DNA of 64,000 nucleotides from Camelus ferus. Its lineage: Eukaryota. The first letter of the stretch is position 1; each line of letters opens with the position of its first letter. The position numbers and the translations under genes were made by a program. The DNA is taken from positions 92,878,001 through 92,942,000 of the forward strand of contig NC_045697.1 in NCBI RefSeq assembly GCF_009834535.1, written 5' to 3'. This document shows, in pieces, positions 40,481 to 53,585 of the stretch. The notes below the pieces were generated by a model that saw only the letters and a program-made list of their open reading frames with translations, was not told where the DNA came from and searched no databases.

Positions 40481-41869
40481 AGTGCTTTAAATATTTATTC
40501 TTTAAAAACGAATAAAGAGATAAAGATTAATGATGTTTGTATTTGCTTTCCCCACAAAAACCTATGTGAAGATCTTCATCCTACTCTGAGAGCTTTAATA
40601 TTGACAAATCAGAATGTAATTTACTTGTAAGTACAGCTTTCTGGACCTACATTGTCACTGTATGGTTTTCATTATTCAAATTCAATAAAAACTATTCCTA
40701 AAAAGTGTCCACTTTGTTCCCAAGAACAAACATTTTCAATTATAAAATCCAGTGATTTTTTTTTTAAATAAAAGATTTATCCTAAATGTCAGGAATAATA
40801 TGAATATAGATACATACAGATACATGTTGATACATACTTTAAATATATTTTAAAATATAAATATTTTGTCATAATAAAGTATGTGTCAAAAGTTTGTGGC
40901 AAAAAGTTACTGGTGTTATTAAATCATATTCAATTAGTTGCTTTGTTATTTGAAGTGTATTTATCTTATACCTGCTAAAGTAAGATTGTGCAGAATTTCA
41001 ATTGTACCCTAAGTCATATATGAATTCAGTTTGAGACATAGATAGAAGTATTGTTTCTGACATTGGAATCAGCAAAGGGTAACAGACAATAACATGGCTG
41101 ATTACTAAAGTAGAAGATGTAAATTCTGCTACATTTCTATGCATTAAAAGCCTCAGAATCCCTGAATTTTAATATAAAATACAATGAAGTGTATCAAATG
41201 AGATTCCCCTATCTCGCCTAGTAATAATGTGGTTAAATCACAATGTGAACACTTTAAAGGGCAAAAAAAAGTCTTTAGAAAACCTTTGCCTCACTAAGTT
41301 TCAAGAATATCTCATTTTATTTCAAAATCTTATTGAACTTTTCTACACTTTTTTCCATGACTGACTTTTACAATATTAGTGTCTTGGTTGTCACCTCACC
41401 TATGGAACCAAAGACAAGAATAGTGAATGATTCTAGTAACTGGATGAGATGAAACTAAAGATGCAGACGTATGTTAAGGAAAAAAAAAAAAAGGATGATC
41501 ATGCATTTCAGCTGCGACAGGATGTGTGCTTAACCGTGCCCCGTTCATTGTGATGAACAGGAGTGGCACTTGAATAGCGTAAGCTTTTAAAAATACAAAA
41601 CCATAGCCTATCTTTGTCTCTGAAGGGACTTCAACTTAAAATGAAGCTCCAATTTCTCTAATAAATGGTGAAATTCAGATATTACTGTGCTCGTGAGACC
41701 TCACTTGATTAAGACATAAAATTTCACTAGACAGTTTTAGGCAGTAAGAAAAGAAAGCAGACTATCCTTTCTTTTGTTTTAAGGATTTAAACCAGCGTTC
41801 CCTTCACACTGCTGCGTGGGAAGAAAACACAGAGGCTTATGTAATATGAGTATAATCAAGTAATCAAGA

Positions 41870-42100
41870 GAAAACATAGTCTAGTGCTTAAGAGGATAGC
41901 CTTCGGAGACAGACTTCCTGAATCCGACTCCTTGCTCTAGTGCTTACAACCTGTGTGACTTCGGGAAAGTTCCTGTATCTCTCTGTGGCTCAGTTTCCTC
42001 AACAGTACAATAGAGAAAATAAGAATACGCCCTTTATAAGTTTGCTATAATGATAAAATACTTCAAAATTTACAAGAAACTTAGAGAAATGTTCACTTGG
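41870..42100 (+). mobile_element. MIR SINE
   Basis: cagacttcctgaatccgactccttgctctagtgcttacaacctgtgtgacttcgggaaagttcc...ctcagtttcctc. Confidence 0.88.
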
Positions 42101-42362
42101 TAGAGAGAAATTACAATATTTGAATGGGGGGGAGAGACATGATATGCTTTTTACTTTTAAATATTTCCAATTGTAGTTTGTGCAGAATGCTTTGTGGGGA
42201 GAGAGAAAAGGGTGTACAATGGGATAAGTTAAGTGGAAATGCAGGTGATCCCAATTTTAAAAGTTGGTATTTTGTACCAAATGATTAGAATAAAAAAGGA
42301 GCTATGTCTTTATATAGAGAGTCAACAGAATTCCCTGTAGGATGGGTAAGTATGAGGGAGTT

Positions 42363-42363
42363 T

Positions 42364-42415
<52 letters not shown>

Positions 42416-42425
42416 CGTCGTCGTC
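42363..42425. repeat. (GTT)n(GTC)n trinucleotide microsatellite
   Basis: Seen directly; it produces the spurious polyQ/polyR ORF on the minus strand. Confidence 0.97.
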
Positions 42426-42879
42426 TTAAACAGATGAAACGGAGCAGATCTGTTCTTATCTCCAGGGATGCCTGGATGTCTGGTTTTGATACTTGTGCAA
42501 AGATAAGGGCAGCTAAGTAAATAACTAGCAGCAAATGATTTATGATGTCTTTTTTATAAGCTAAAGTCCCTGGGAGCACCCAGGGCTGAGTTTTTTATTG
42601 GTGGCTTTCACCTGACTGACTGGTTAGACAGCCTAGTTTAGCTATAGGACCAAAGAGGAATAAATGACCCTGCTGTGAACTCCTGCCTTGAACTGTCTTC
42701 AAACCACAATTTGTCAGACAAATCTTGATGCTTAAGTCCAGAGGGAGGGAAAAAAATGTTTCCTGTGCACATAAGGCCCGCTGATGTTTGCCTGCATTCT
42801 CTTTGTCATCATTGAACGTCTTACATGAGCGTGCTCTATGAATTCTTGTGAGTTCTTTCAGAAATCTCCAAGCCTTCTG

Positions 42880-43800
42880 ACTCTTGGCATAGGATTTAGG
42901 GATCGAACAAAAGAGAGGAATTCAAGGTGATTCCTAGGTCTTTAGTTATTCCCAGCAACAACTAGCCAAATCAAGTGCCACATACTGAGAAGCGAGGCAC
43001 TGCTAGAATTTATTTTGTGCATGTTAATTTGGACACATTCATAATTGGCATGTACTAAGTTGAGATACTATGTAAATTGTCTAGAATTTAGGGAATAGAC
43101 TGGGGCTAAAAATATGAATGTTTTACATAGGATTATTCATGTTCTGTAAAACTCTGAAAGAAATGACATGAGAAGAGTTACGGAGTGAATTGGACATCAA
43201 TCAAAGGAGGCAGGACTAGCCATGAAGACTAAGAGGATGCACTCTTTTAAGTGACAGGGGAAACTAATGTGCATTGTGAGAAGGCCAAGAAAAAGGATGT
43301 TTTAAGAAGTGGGATGTACCCCTGTGTTGAATATTTCCAAAAGTATAAGTAAGATACATCTAAATAAGTACTATTGGACTTCATCACATGAAGTCCACTG
43401 GTGATTTTAAAGAGACATTTCACCATGGAGTTGTGGGGAAAAAAGTCTTATTTAAGTGGACTAAGACAGCATCTTGATGGCTGCACTTTCTGTAAATTCT
43501 TTCTAGAAAATTTCTTCATGCCAGGAAGCAAAGAAGCAGTGGGCTAGTTACTGAATCAAGGTAACAGCAAGGATTTTTTTTCTTTAAAATAGAAGATACT
43601 ATAGTATGTGAAAATCTTATGGAAATTAATCTAACAGAGAATTTTAAATAAATGATAGAAATGAAGGACAAATAAATTGCAGAAGAGATGTTGAGAATGC
43701 AGGACCTAGAGTGCAGAGGGAGGTGTAGAACCCTGATAGAAGCAAGGCTACTGCATCCATCAAACAGGAGACTAGTGTGCAGGTGCAGAAGTGTTCAAAG
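42880..43800 (-). mobile_element. Decayed LINE-2
   Basis: tcaaggtgattcctaggtc, ggggctaaaaatatgaat, ctgtgttgaatatt...aagtaagat...tattggact...cactggtgattttaa. Confidence 0.7.
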
Positions 43801-45184
43801 AAATAGTATAGGCATGGTAATGGAAAATGAAGGAATTCTAGGTTTATTTCTACTATTTTCTCAATGAAGCATGGCTAAGTTCATAAAGAAAAATAAAAAT
43901 GGGTGGAAAAGGCACAACAAGTATGAAGAGGAAAAATAAAAGAAAGCATAACAAATATTTCTTTGGGAAGTAAGGGACTCATGCAAGGGAAGAGTCATAG
44001 TACTGCCTAGCAGTCTTAATGGGTCATTTGAGATGTGCTGTTGAATTAAGCACGGTTTAAATTCCTGATAGTCATATAAACATTTTTCTCTATTTCTGCT
44101 GCTACCAAGATTGTATTTGTTCTAGAGGTGAGGAAAACTCTGTAAGATTAAAAATCAGCACAATTTTCTCTGTAGTCAACTTTTCATACGGTAAATAGAA
44201 TGAAAATTTTCATGGACCTCATTTAAATTATCATTTGAATTATTTTTCAAAATACATGTTTAAACATATATCCATATATATGCATATGTTTATATATTTT
44301 GCCTTATTTGCCTAAAATACTGTTCTGAGATTAACATGCTTACTTTCTCTCAATTTCTAAATCTTTCTAAATTCCTCATAATGCTTTTAAAAACAATGAT
44401 AGATGGCTATTGCTTTAACCCTGCTTGATTTTTTTCTGAACATATTGCTTCTCTGTAAGTCATATAATATTTCAATTAAATTTTTGTTGCACTGATTCAC
44501 ACTCTACTGTAATTGGTATTTCTCAAATATGCCTTTCCTTTTTCCCGCTAAAGATGTTCTGTTTAGATTCTAAGCATGTAAACACATTGCACTCTGTGTA
44601 TTTAGCTTTGTGCATAGCCCTAACGGCTCTGGGGATACTTGCCACTAATGCAAGTGGGTGTTTATACACTAAGTGTTTGTTTATTCATGACAGTTCCAAA
44701 TGTTTGGAAAGTGATAAAAAAAAATCAATAATCCTGTGGTCATTGAAATGCTCTCCTAATTTCAATTTCAGTTATATTTACATTCTCAACATTTCACAGC
44801 AGTTTAACCATCATTTCCTTTACAAATAATCTGGAAATACTGTTGTTACAACAACCGCGCTTAAAACAGTAGCTCCATAAGTGAGGCAGTGGTCCTCTGA
44901 CTAGTGTGAATTCAGGATTACAGACATCCCTACATCCGTGTCAGCTTTCATCCTCCCTGAAATACAGACACATACACACGTATAGATGCACTCCCTGCAT
45001 TCAAATGTCCCATGCCATGTACTCCTTTTCTATGTGTTTTCATATATCAGCTTTGTAAATATACCATGGAGGCAATGGACTCATGATTACTGTCTCAAAA
45101 AGAGTTATTTTCATAATGGGTTATTGTGAAAGAAGTGGACAGATCACTGTTGTCTTAGCAAGGTTCTTCAGTTACCTGATCATT

Positions 45185-45457
45185 TGTGTTGTTTCCTGAG
45201 GCTGCATAACAAATCACTACAGTCTTGGCTCACAATCAAATTAACTCACTTCCTCAAAGTTCTGGAGAGACCTGAAGTCGGAAGTCAAGGTGTGAAAGGG
45301 GCTGCCCTCTCTAGAGACTCTGGTGAAGAATCTGCTCTTTGCCTTCAACTTCTAGTGGCTGTCGGCACTCGCTGACTTGAGGCCCTGCAGCCCCAGGCTC
45401 TGCCTCCACGGGCACTTCACCTCCTCTGCTCTCTGGCTCATCTCCCTCAGACTCACA
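45185..45457 (-). mobile_element. MLT1 LTR fragment, truncated at the L1 tail
   Basis: gtttcctgaggctgcataacaaatcactac...aagttctggag...gaagtcaaggtgtg...cttctagtggctgtcggca. Confidence 0.85.
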
Positions 45458-45845
45458 CTTTTTTTTTTTTTTTCAGGTATACAGCAAATTTTCAGATATA
45501 TATATATATATATATATATTCTTTTTCAGATTTTTTTCAATTATAGGCCATTGCAAGGTATTGAATATAGTTCCCTGTGCTCTACAGTAGGACCTTGTTA
45601 TTTATCTGTTTTATATACAGCAGTTAGTATCTGCAAATTCCGAACTCCCAGTTTATCCTTCCCATGCCACCCCACTTTCCCCTTTTGTAACCGTAAGTTT
45701 GTTTTCTATGTCTGTGTGTTTATTTCTGTTTTGTAAATAAGTTCATTTATATCACTTTTTAGATTCCACAAATGAGTGATAGCATGATATTTGTCTTTCT
45801 CTGTCTGACTTACTTCACTTAATAAATAATCTCCTGGTCTTTCCT
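45458..45845 (-). mobile_element. Lineage-recent L1 3' UTR
   Basis: Poly-T, (TA)n, then tattgaatatagttccctgtgct...tagattccaca..tgagtgata...tgacttacttcactta; homologous to 22200-22610. Confidence 0.92.
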
Positions 45846-45849
45846 GATT

Positions 45850-45982
45850 TATAATAACTGATTTATACTTCACACTATTTTATTTTGTCTGTTTCACAAA
45901 TGAGGAAGTTGAGGCACAGAACATTTAAGTGAATGGCTTAAAGTTACAGACCACAAAGCTAAGAAGTAACAGACTCAGAAGG
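45850..45982 (-). mobile_element. MIR fragment interrupted by MLT2
   Basis: tttcacaaatgaggaagttgaggcacaga...taagtgaatggcttaaagttaca. Confidence 0.75.
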
Positions 45983-46465
45983 TGTGAGACTTAAGGTTAT
46001 ACATCAGCTTGACTAGATCATGGAATAGCCAGATATCTGGTTAAACATTTCTGAGTGTGTCTGTGAGAATGTTTCCAGACGAAATTAGCATTTGAATAGA
46101 CAGACTGAGCAAAATGGATTGCCTTCCTCAACATGGGAGACATCATCCAATCTATTGAGGACCTGAGTAGAACAAAAAATTGGAGGAACGGTGCACCAGC
46201 TCTCTGTCTGACTGAGCCGAGACATCAGTATCCCCTTGCCCTCAATGCTCCTGTACTCAGGCCTTCGTAACTTATACTGGAATCTACACCATTGACTCTC
46301 CAGCTCTCAAGCCTTCAAACTACGCCACATGCCTCCCTGAGTCTCCAGCTCGCAGAAGGCAGATTTGGGGACTTCCCAGACTCTGTCATCATGCTAGTTA
46401 ATAACTTATCATACATCTCTTTATATCTGTTGGTTCTGTTTCTCTGGAGTGCTCTGGCTGATACA
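45983..46465 (+). mobile_element. MLT2 (ERVL) solo LTR
   Basis: TG...CA termini; 5-bp flanks gaagg/gaagt; cagcttgactag...ttaaacatttctgagtgtgtctgtgag...ttggttctgtttctctggag. Confidence 0.92.
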
Positions 46466-46879
46466 GAAGTCAAACTCTGAGCACTTATTTTTTTATGCTA
46501 TGCTAATTCCCAAAAAGTATTGCTTTATAGAAGCAATGCCTTTATTAGCATTTTAAATTTTCTTTTTATTTTAAGATAAATAGAAGCGTTGCTCCAGTCC
46601 AGCCCAGAGGAGATGCAGGTCACTTCTGATTGTTTCTTCTTAGAGCTTATTGAGGAGTCTCTAACCTGAACAAGAACACCCTTTGTCATCTTGTGCGAAG
46701 AGAAGCCTTTGAGTCAGTTTTGCGTATCACTTGGCTTTGTCAGGAAAATAATTGTCATTGCTAAGGTTGGAAGATCCAAAATAATGATTTGGAATAAAGA
46801 ATAAAAGTGAGTCTCTCTGCAATCAAAAGTATCCCAATTTCCAATTTTTGGCTCTCTACTACACATCAGGTCAAATATT

Positions 46880-47025
46880 ATCTTTTACTCTCAGAAGAAT
46901 TATAGAGATGAGAAAGTTGAGGTTCGGGGAATTTGAACTGATGAAGCTCATTCAACTAGTAAATGGATGTGCTGGGATTTGGATCAATTTTGGGTTGATT
47001 CCAAAATTCATGATTTTTCAACCAG
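46880..47025 (-). mobile_element. MIR fragment
   Basis: atagagatgagaaagttgaggttcgggga...caactagtaaatggatgtgctgggattt. Confidence 0.7.
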
Positions 47026-48666
47026 AACAAATTGTTTGTGACAGTATCTAAAAAAGAGACCCATTAAACTGGCAAAAACTTCTCAAAGTGTGTTAATTTC
47101 ACCTAAGTTATAGCTAAGAACCTAGAAAATTTGGTTTAGTAATAGAACTAAATACTAGTGATTATAATGATAACTATTGGTGGTGGGAGAATTAGTTTTG
47201 GTGCAAATCTCTCAATCAATTAAAGTTTATAACCACATCATGTCTTTGAAACAAACAAAGAAATGCTCAAGCATATCTTACTTAGATCTTTTTTTCTAGA
47301 ATAAATTTATAAACGGTCATTTCCGTGCATAAACTATAGGAACATGACAAATCACACCAGGAGCTATGTTTTCATAGTCACTAACATTTTAGTTCTTCTG
47401 TATTTTCTTGACTACTAACTGGAAGACAGAGTACAAGGTGAGGAAACTGAAACATAGAAGAAAAAGTCTGACAATAGCTAACATGTATTGAGTGTTGACT
47501 GTTAACCAATATAGAATAAAATACTAGTGTAACAATGTATAATAGTAACTGATTTATTCTTCACACTATTTTGTCTGTTTCATAGATGAGGAAGTTGAAT
47601 ATACCATTATCGAATATACTATTTCTCTACTTTGCAGGTACAACTGGAAAAATAGGACAGACACTTTGAAAGCCTTGGTATTTTTAAAAGTGCTGCCAAT
47701 CTCACTGACAGCAGTCACTTCTTTTCCACTAGGAATTGATGATGGATAAAGTAAAAACAATAGAAGTGGTACCGTATTAATCAAAATCACCAGTAATCTT
47801 TACAATTATCTCAAGTTATTATTTTAAGCAGCAACTTAACTAATAAATACTTTTAATAATATATAAACACCATAATCATTAAGCTTAACTTATGCATAAC
47901 CAAGGAAAAATAATCACTGCTAACTTGAACTTCAGTGAGTCTCAGAATATCGTGTGACTAAATTCTGCTTTTCAGTTCATAATATCTGATTTGTATGATC
48001 AACATAACGTTCCTATACTCTGCCTCTTCAGAACTTGAGATATTGCTGTATTCTGGCTACTGGTTTTCCTTATAAAGTCATGTGGGGGCAAACATATCCT
48101 GAACAAGAGTAGAGTAGTGGCCAGAGCATAAGCATAGCTCTGTCTTCTCACATCTCACGTCTGTTGGAACACAGGACCCAGAGTCTAGGAGTATAATTAT
48201 AGCTTGTGTCATGGGAAACCTTGATTAATTAGATAACTACCTCAAACGGTACATAATAAATGAAATCATTCTAGTTCCTTTAGTGATTTAATAAAAATTT
48301 ATTACATTTTATCACATGTGTATCTAATCCGATATGATATCTAATACCAGTGGAATTTATGAGGATCTCCTCTAATAATTCTTGAGGTCAATTCTTGAAG
48401 TCAGAGCAGTAAGAAAATGGCAGAAATCTAGGCTTCGTTGTTAAATCCCACCTTCACCACCTGACAACTGTGTACAAATGGGCATAGTGAGAACACCTGA
48501 ATTATTTAAACTTCATGGTCTTTTTTCCATGCAAAGTGGGAATAATAATTACTTAACAGAAGTTTAAAATAAAGTAAGAAAACAGCAAACAACAGCTCTT
48601 ACTGAGCTCAACATGTGCACTGTGTGGCTCTAAAGTTTGGACTGAACTTTTTTTCATTCATATTCA

Positions 48667-48997
48667 AATATTTATTGAGGTAGTTTAGTTATAGTTATAG
48701 TCAGTTTACAACGTGTGTCAATGTCTGGTGTGCAGCATAATGTTTCAGTCATACGTATTTTCGTTTTCATATTCTTTTTCATGATAGGTTGGTACAAGGT
48801 ATTGAATACAGTTCCCTGTGCTGTACAGTAGGTTCTTGTTTATCTATTTCATATATAGCAGTTTGTATCTGCTAATCCCAAATTCCTAATTTATCCCTTC
48901 CCGTAAGTTTATTTTCTGTGTCTGTTAGTCTGTTTCCATTCTGTAAATAAGTTCATTTATGTCTTTTTTTAGATTCCATATATGAGTGATATCATAT
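48667..48997 (-). mobile_element. Lineage-recent L1 3' UTR
   Basis: ttgaggtag...tcagtttacaacgtgtgtcaat...gttccctgtgctgtacagtagg...agattccatatatgagtgatatcata. Confidence 0.92.
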
Positions 48998-49459
48998 CAT
49001 TCTTTGATTTCTAAAGATTGAAGTGCTTTCCTCAAAGCAGACTATAACATACAAGATTTTGGTGAGTGTTCCGGTGATAATCTTAACATTATGATTTAAT
49101 ACCTGATATACCTCAGGCTTCTTCAGTTCATTTTTTGTGTTTTCAGTGTGGAACATCATAGTGTATTTAGTTTGACATCCTTATAACCTGGTACCAGCTT
49201 CTTGAAATGAGACTCCATTTTGATATGTTCATTCGTGTCTGTGTGTGTGTATTCTTGAGTGTGTATGTGCATGTATGGTTGTTGGTGGCATTTTTGTTTT
49301 CTGTTCAGGTGCCAAGAAACAAAACATAAATATGTGAATTAGTAGTCCTACATTCCAATGTGAGGCACTAGATGACTCATAAAGAATGATAAAGGATATA
49401 TTTAAAACCAGTTTTCAACCCTTAGTCTGTCACCAATTTGATGGCATAAAAAAATTTAG

Positions 49460-50450
49460 ATTGTGGAAACTGGAGGATTTATTTGAGGAGAGTGGTGTTG
49501 TGTGGTGAGATACTCTGCAACCTAAGGTTGAGGGTTGGTGAGTAATCACTCCTCATTTCAATTCTTGTGAAGACACTACTCAGAGGATATGGTTAGATGT
49601 TTTCTAGAATATATTGGAAACTATGAACTAGTGTCAGAGTCTAACTGAAAAAAACCTGAAGGCGGGCTGCTGGCGGGATGAGACCGTGGCGGTAAGGAAG
49701 ATGGCTGCATTTGCAAATTACTGCTTTTCCTGTGATAGAAGGTCAAGGTTATGTAATTAGCAGGAATTGGTTGGCCTATGGCTGCTTTAAAAGGGACAGG
49801 TGCACCCTGGATTGTGTCAGTGGGTGATGCGACCCACACCCAAAGGAACTGGAGCATAGCTGTGGAAGTTGAGGAACAATTTTAAGAAGCCAGCTCAAGA
49901 AGAAGTACTGTTCAAAGCAAAAGAGCCACTTGCTGGGACCCTGTAAGAAATTCTGAGAAATCCCCAAAGACAACCCAAGAGAGAAAATGAGCTTTAATCA
50001 TTAGGATTTTCCAAAGGAAAACAACACTGAATTATTTAAGTGCCAAATTAGGTATTTCTTGCCCCCTACCATTCCTCCTGCTCCAGCTTTTCCCTGAAAA
50101 AGACAGGGGCAGTCTAGTGAATGGGGAAGAAAGGAGAGACACATGAGAATAACAGAATAAAAAGGCACCAATGTTTCCTTCCCCTCAGTGCTTAAATAGC
50201 CTATGGCAGGGACAAGCTGGGAGGGGAAAGTTTTTAACTTTGAAAAAACTTTACAGTTTTGTATAATTCTTAACTAGACAAATTAGTTTGCAAAAAAGGG
50301 TGATTTCTCTAAGCTGGAGAAATTTATTTTACCATAAAGTTTGTAGGTGAGCAAAGGGGCCTATCTGAGATACCACCTTGGCAAAAGTTCTTGTCACCTC
50401 GAGTAAGATGGAACAGGCAATGGGAAGGAAGACTGTCTATCGATCTTCAT
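49460..50450 (+). mobile_element. Probable ancient LTR-type element, family unassigned
   Basis: G-richer ~1-kb block starting tgtggaaac, with a TATA-like ctttaaaagg at 49784; texture similar to 21246-22090; no termini confirmed. Confidence 0.3.
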
Positions 50451-51568
50451 TTTTATTCTGATAGCACCCGACAATGTCTCCTTGAGGAGCTGCAGTTACT
50501 TCCCCTCCCACTGTGCTGACTGTTGAGTTATACTGGTTGAAACAGACTGACTACAAGGAAGTCATGAGAATATCATTTAACTTCTTTGAAAGTTTAGATA
50601 CTCTGAGACACTTTTGATTAGCAATAAAATAGTTTTAACTAATAGTTAACTATTGGGGTTTTATTCCCTTTATGCATTTAGTGGATTGTAAAGGCAGTTG
50701 AGTGAAGGACTCAAAAAGTTTAAGGGCTCTAAACTGTGAAACTGACTCACCTATGTCCCTGTGGTATTCCCTAATTAATCTTCCCACGTTTATGGTATAA
50801 ACAGAGGAGAACAGGAACTGAAACATTTGGTGTACGTAGGCATCATGTAGGTGGGTATTTCAGATACACGTACATTCACCATTGCTTAAACCACAGATGT
50901 TTAGCAATGGGAAAATTGCTGTATTCCAATACCCTGGAGTGAAATAGATGGAAATTGTAAAAAAAAAAAAAAAATTAGTTAGATGAGATTAAATTATTTC
51001 TTATGATTATTTTAATGTAAAACTGGGGGTGGGGGAAGGATGCAAAGAACAGAGTAAAAGAACATTTTATTTCATATTTTAAGAGAACAGTCCTTAGAGC
51101 AGACAGAACTGCTACAGACACTCTCTGCATGGTAACAAGAGTTAATAGTGCAGAAGGAATTTCCAGTTACCTTACGTAATCACCAGTGCTATACGGAAAT
51201 CATGGATCCCATTTGCCTCTGGTTTATATTTACACACCATGCATCAGTCTTATTTAATTCTTTGTATTTTTCCATCAGTACAGAACATACACAAAGTGAG
51301 TTGCTTTATGGGTGTGAAATACAAACACAGGCTCATCCTTCCCCACTCCCTCAGCCTTCCACTTAAGCCCCAACATACCCTTTAGAAAGTCCAATATCCC
51401 CCCCACCTTAGGTTTCCAGAAACTAAATTTTAAAAATAATCCTAACAGTTTGCTCACTTCATGTTGTGAGAGGTGAGGCAGTAGTGTCACTTTTAAATGC
51501 TGGGATGAAAAGACTGAATAGAAATGTCCTCAAGTCCTCGAGCGCTTGAGTGCTGGCTCTCTAGCCAC

Positions 51569-51587
51569 TGTCAGTAGGTGGCGCTGT
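51569..51587 (+). promoter_or_regulatory. CTCF core motif
   Basis: tgTCAGTAGGTGGCGCTgt matches CCASYAGRKGGCRSY at 14 of 15 positions; the CpG is retained; the context appears non-repetitive. Confidence 0.7.
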
Positions 51588-52987
51588 GGACAGTGTTGCC
51601 CAGTCTACCAGATGCTTGTTTGCTGCTATTAGGATGTTTCTGTTAGAATGTAAGGTCAGAGCTCATTCAATCCACATTTCATTCTTACACAGAACTCAGT
51701 GGAATATGACCCTGAGTCAGAGTAGCAGAACAGAAGGCTTTGAGCCTGGCTACTAGCCCTCCGTCATCGGCGTGTAAGTCCTTGTGTTAACAGTAATTCA
51801 CCACTTCCCCTCTCTTTTTGTGACTTCCACATTCAAAACCTTGGTTAGAATAAACTTACTCCAAATAGACTATTGGTCATTTCCTCAAAAATATTCAGGA
51901 ATCCTTATCCACATTGGTGCACTCTCACACTATACATCTTACAGAGTCTAAGATGGAGGAAATCTTCAAGCCACAGCATTCCATTAAGCACTGCACCCAG
52001 TCAGTGGGAAGACATTTGTCCTCTGGAATGAGCAAATACCTGCTGTCTCCAGCGACGGCAGAAGACGGAGATGGTATATTTGTTTAGCTTTACTCCATCT
52101 GGCATCCTGTTACACTAAATATTTGAATAGGAAAAGAGGAGAGAAAAATTCTCAGAAGGGCTTTTCTCAACAATACATCCTAGATTCAAAATGGTTGGTA
52201 ATTTAAATTCGTAATTGTCCAGCCACAGTTCTGTCTTGCTCTCCTTCGAAAGACTCTGCTTCAGAAGGCATGAAACACAGATGCTTTTCAACTTAATGTA
52301 GTATGTCATGAAATAATGAAAAGAAAATTGATAAACATGCTTTTTTCCCCCAATCTATATTAGTTTATCACACATCTTTTTCTTTCTTAAACTTGCCAGT
52401 TTGCTGAAGTCTTGTTTAACTTTTTTAAATGTTTCACTCCTAAAAATGCATGTCAATCCCATTCTACTGAATGCAGTAAAAATAGGATAACAATATTGTA
52501 ATGCATTAACACAGGTTCAGTTCATACGTTCATTCTTGTACATTACAGACTTGCAGTGCTTTAAAATATTGACAACATTCAGGAAGTTTGTTAGTACAAG
52601 ATAATTCATTAAAGAGCCCTTTCTATCCTAAAAGAAAAAGTTAATAATATACTCTAAATACATTTGAATGTCATATATTTATCATACAAAGTAGGTATTT
52701 TCAGAAGCACCAGATTTTCCAAAAAGATATTTTCTAATAAAAAATGTGTTTTCTCACGCCTTACAGACATTAAAAGACATCTGCATTGTCAATAGATGGC
52801 AGCATAACCCTTCAGGAATCCCGGGGAGCTACTTAGGCAGTTTAAGATCACAGCCATTAACATGCTAAAAATGGAAATCTCAGTGAAGCTTTCTCATTGC
52901 ATTTTCTTTAATACTTCATTGAACGATGTCACGTATTTCCAAAAAGGAAAATGAAAAATATGTAAACCATGAATACTTTATGGTACA

Positions 52988-53021
52988 GTTTTCTTTTCTT
53001 TTCTTTTCTTTTCTTTTTTTT
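52988..53021. repeat. (TTTTC)n simple repeat
   Basis: Seen directly. Confidence 0.9.
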
Positions 53022-53585
53022 AAGCGTGTACGAATTTGAGGTTAGGACTGTGGGGTGAAGGAAAAGATATCACTGTTGACACATTAATGCATGAATCTGT
53101 CACTTCACTATTAGACCTTGAAATTTTAGTTTGATATATAGCATGTGAACTTTCAACAAATTATCAATAATCTCTCACTAGGAAGAGCACTTTTAAGCAA
53201 ACTTTTTGAGAGATTACTGAAAAATTTTGGTGCATCAACCTATCTCCCCGAGAAAGACAAGGATTTCATTTGTGAGAGTAGAATCTCATCTTTAAACACT
53301 GCAGTAGATCTGCTTCAAGGGGATGAAAGCAAGCTGAACTTTTCAAATCTCCTCCATAAAACTGTACATGGACCAGGTAACTCTTTAAGAAACGTACACT
53401 TCTTTATGGACTATTTAAATTGTATTCAGGTGGCTTGAGGGGCCTCTAAACTTGGGGTTGCTAGGGTTTCCAACACTCCTACAGAAATAAACCCTGGCCA
53501 TAAAGATACAGTGTGTTAACACACATCAGAGGAGGAAAACAGGAGACAGTGATTTGTTTAATAGACAAGGATTCTGCCCTGAAGC

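Noticed and set aside
41550..41625. Possible C/D-box snoRNA (gtgatga...ctga, ~75 nt)
   Set aside because: No convincing terminal stem, internal C'/D' boxes or recognisable rRNA guide
42322..42579. PolyQ-containing ORF on the minus strand
   Set aside because: Translation of a (GTT)n microsatellite; the flanking peptide is unrecognisable
53145..53438. 97-aa ORF with an internal cag|gtaact donor
   Set aside because: GTG start, no recognisable homology and no convincing acceptor; the length is within chance
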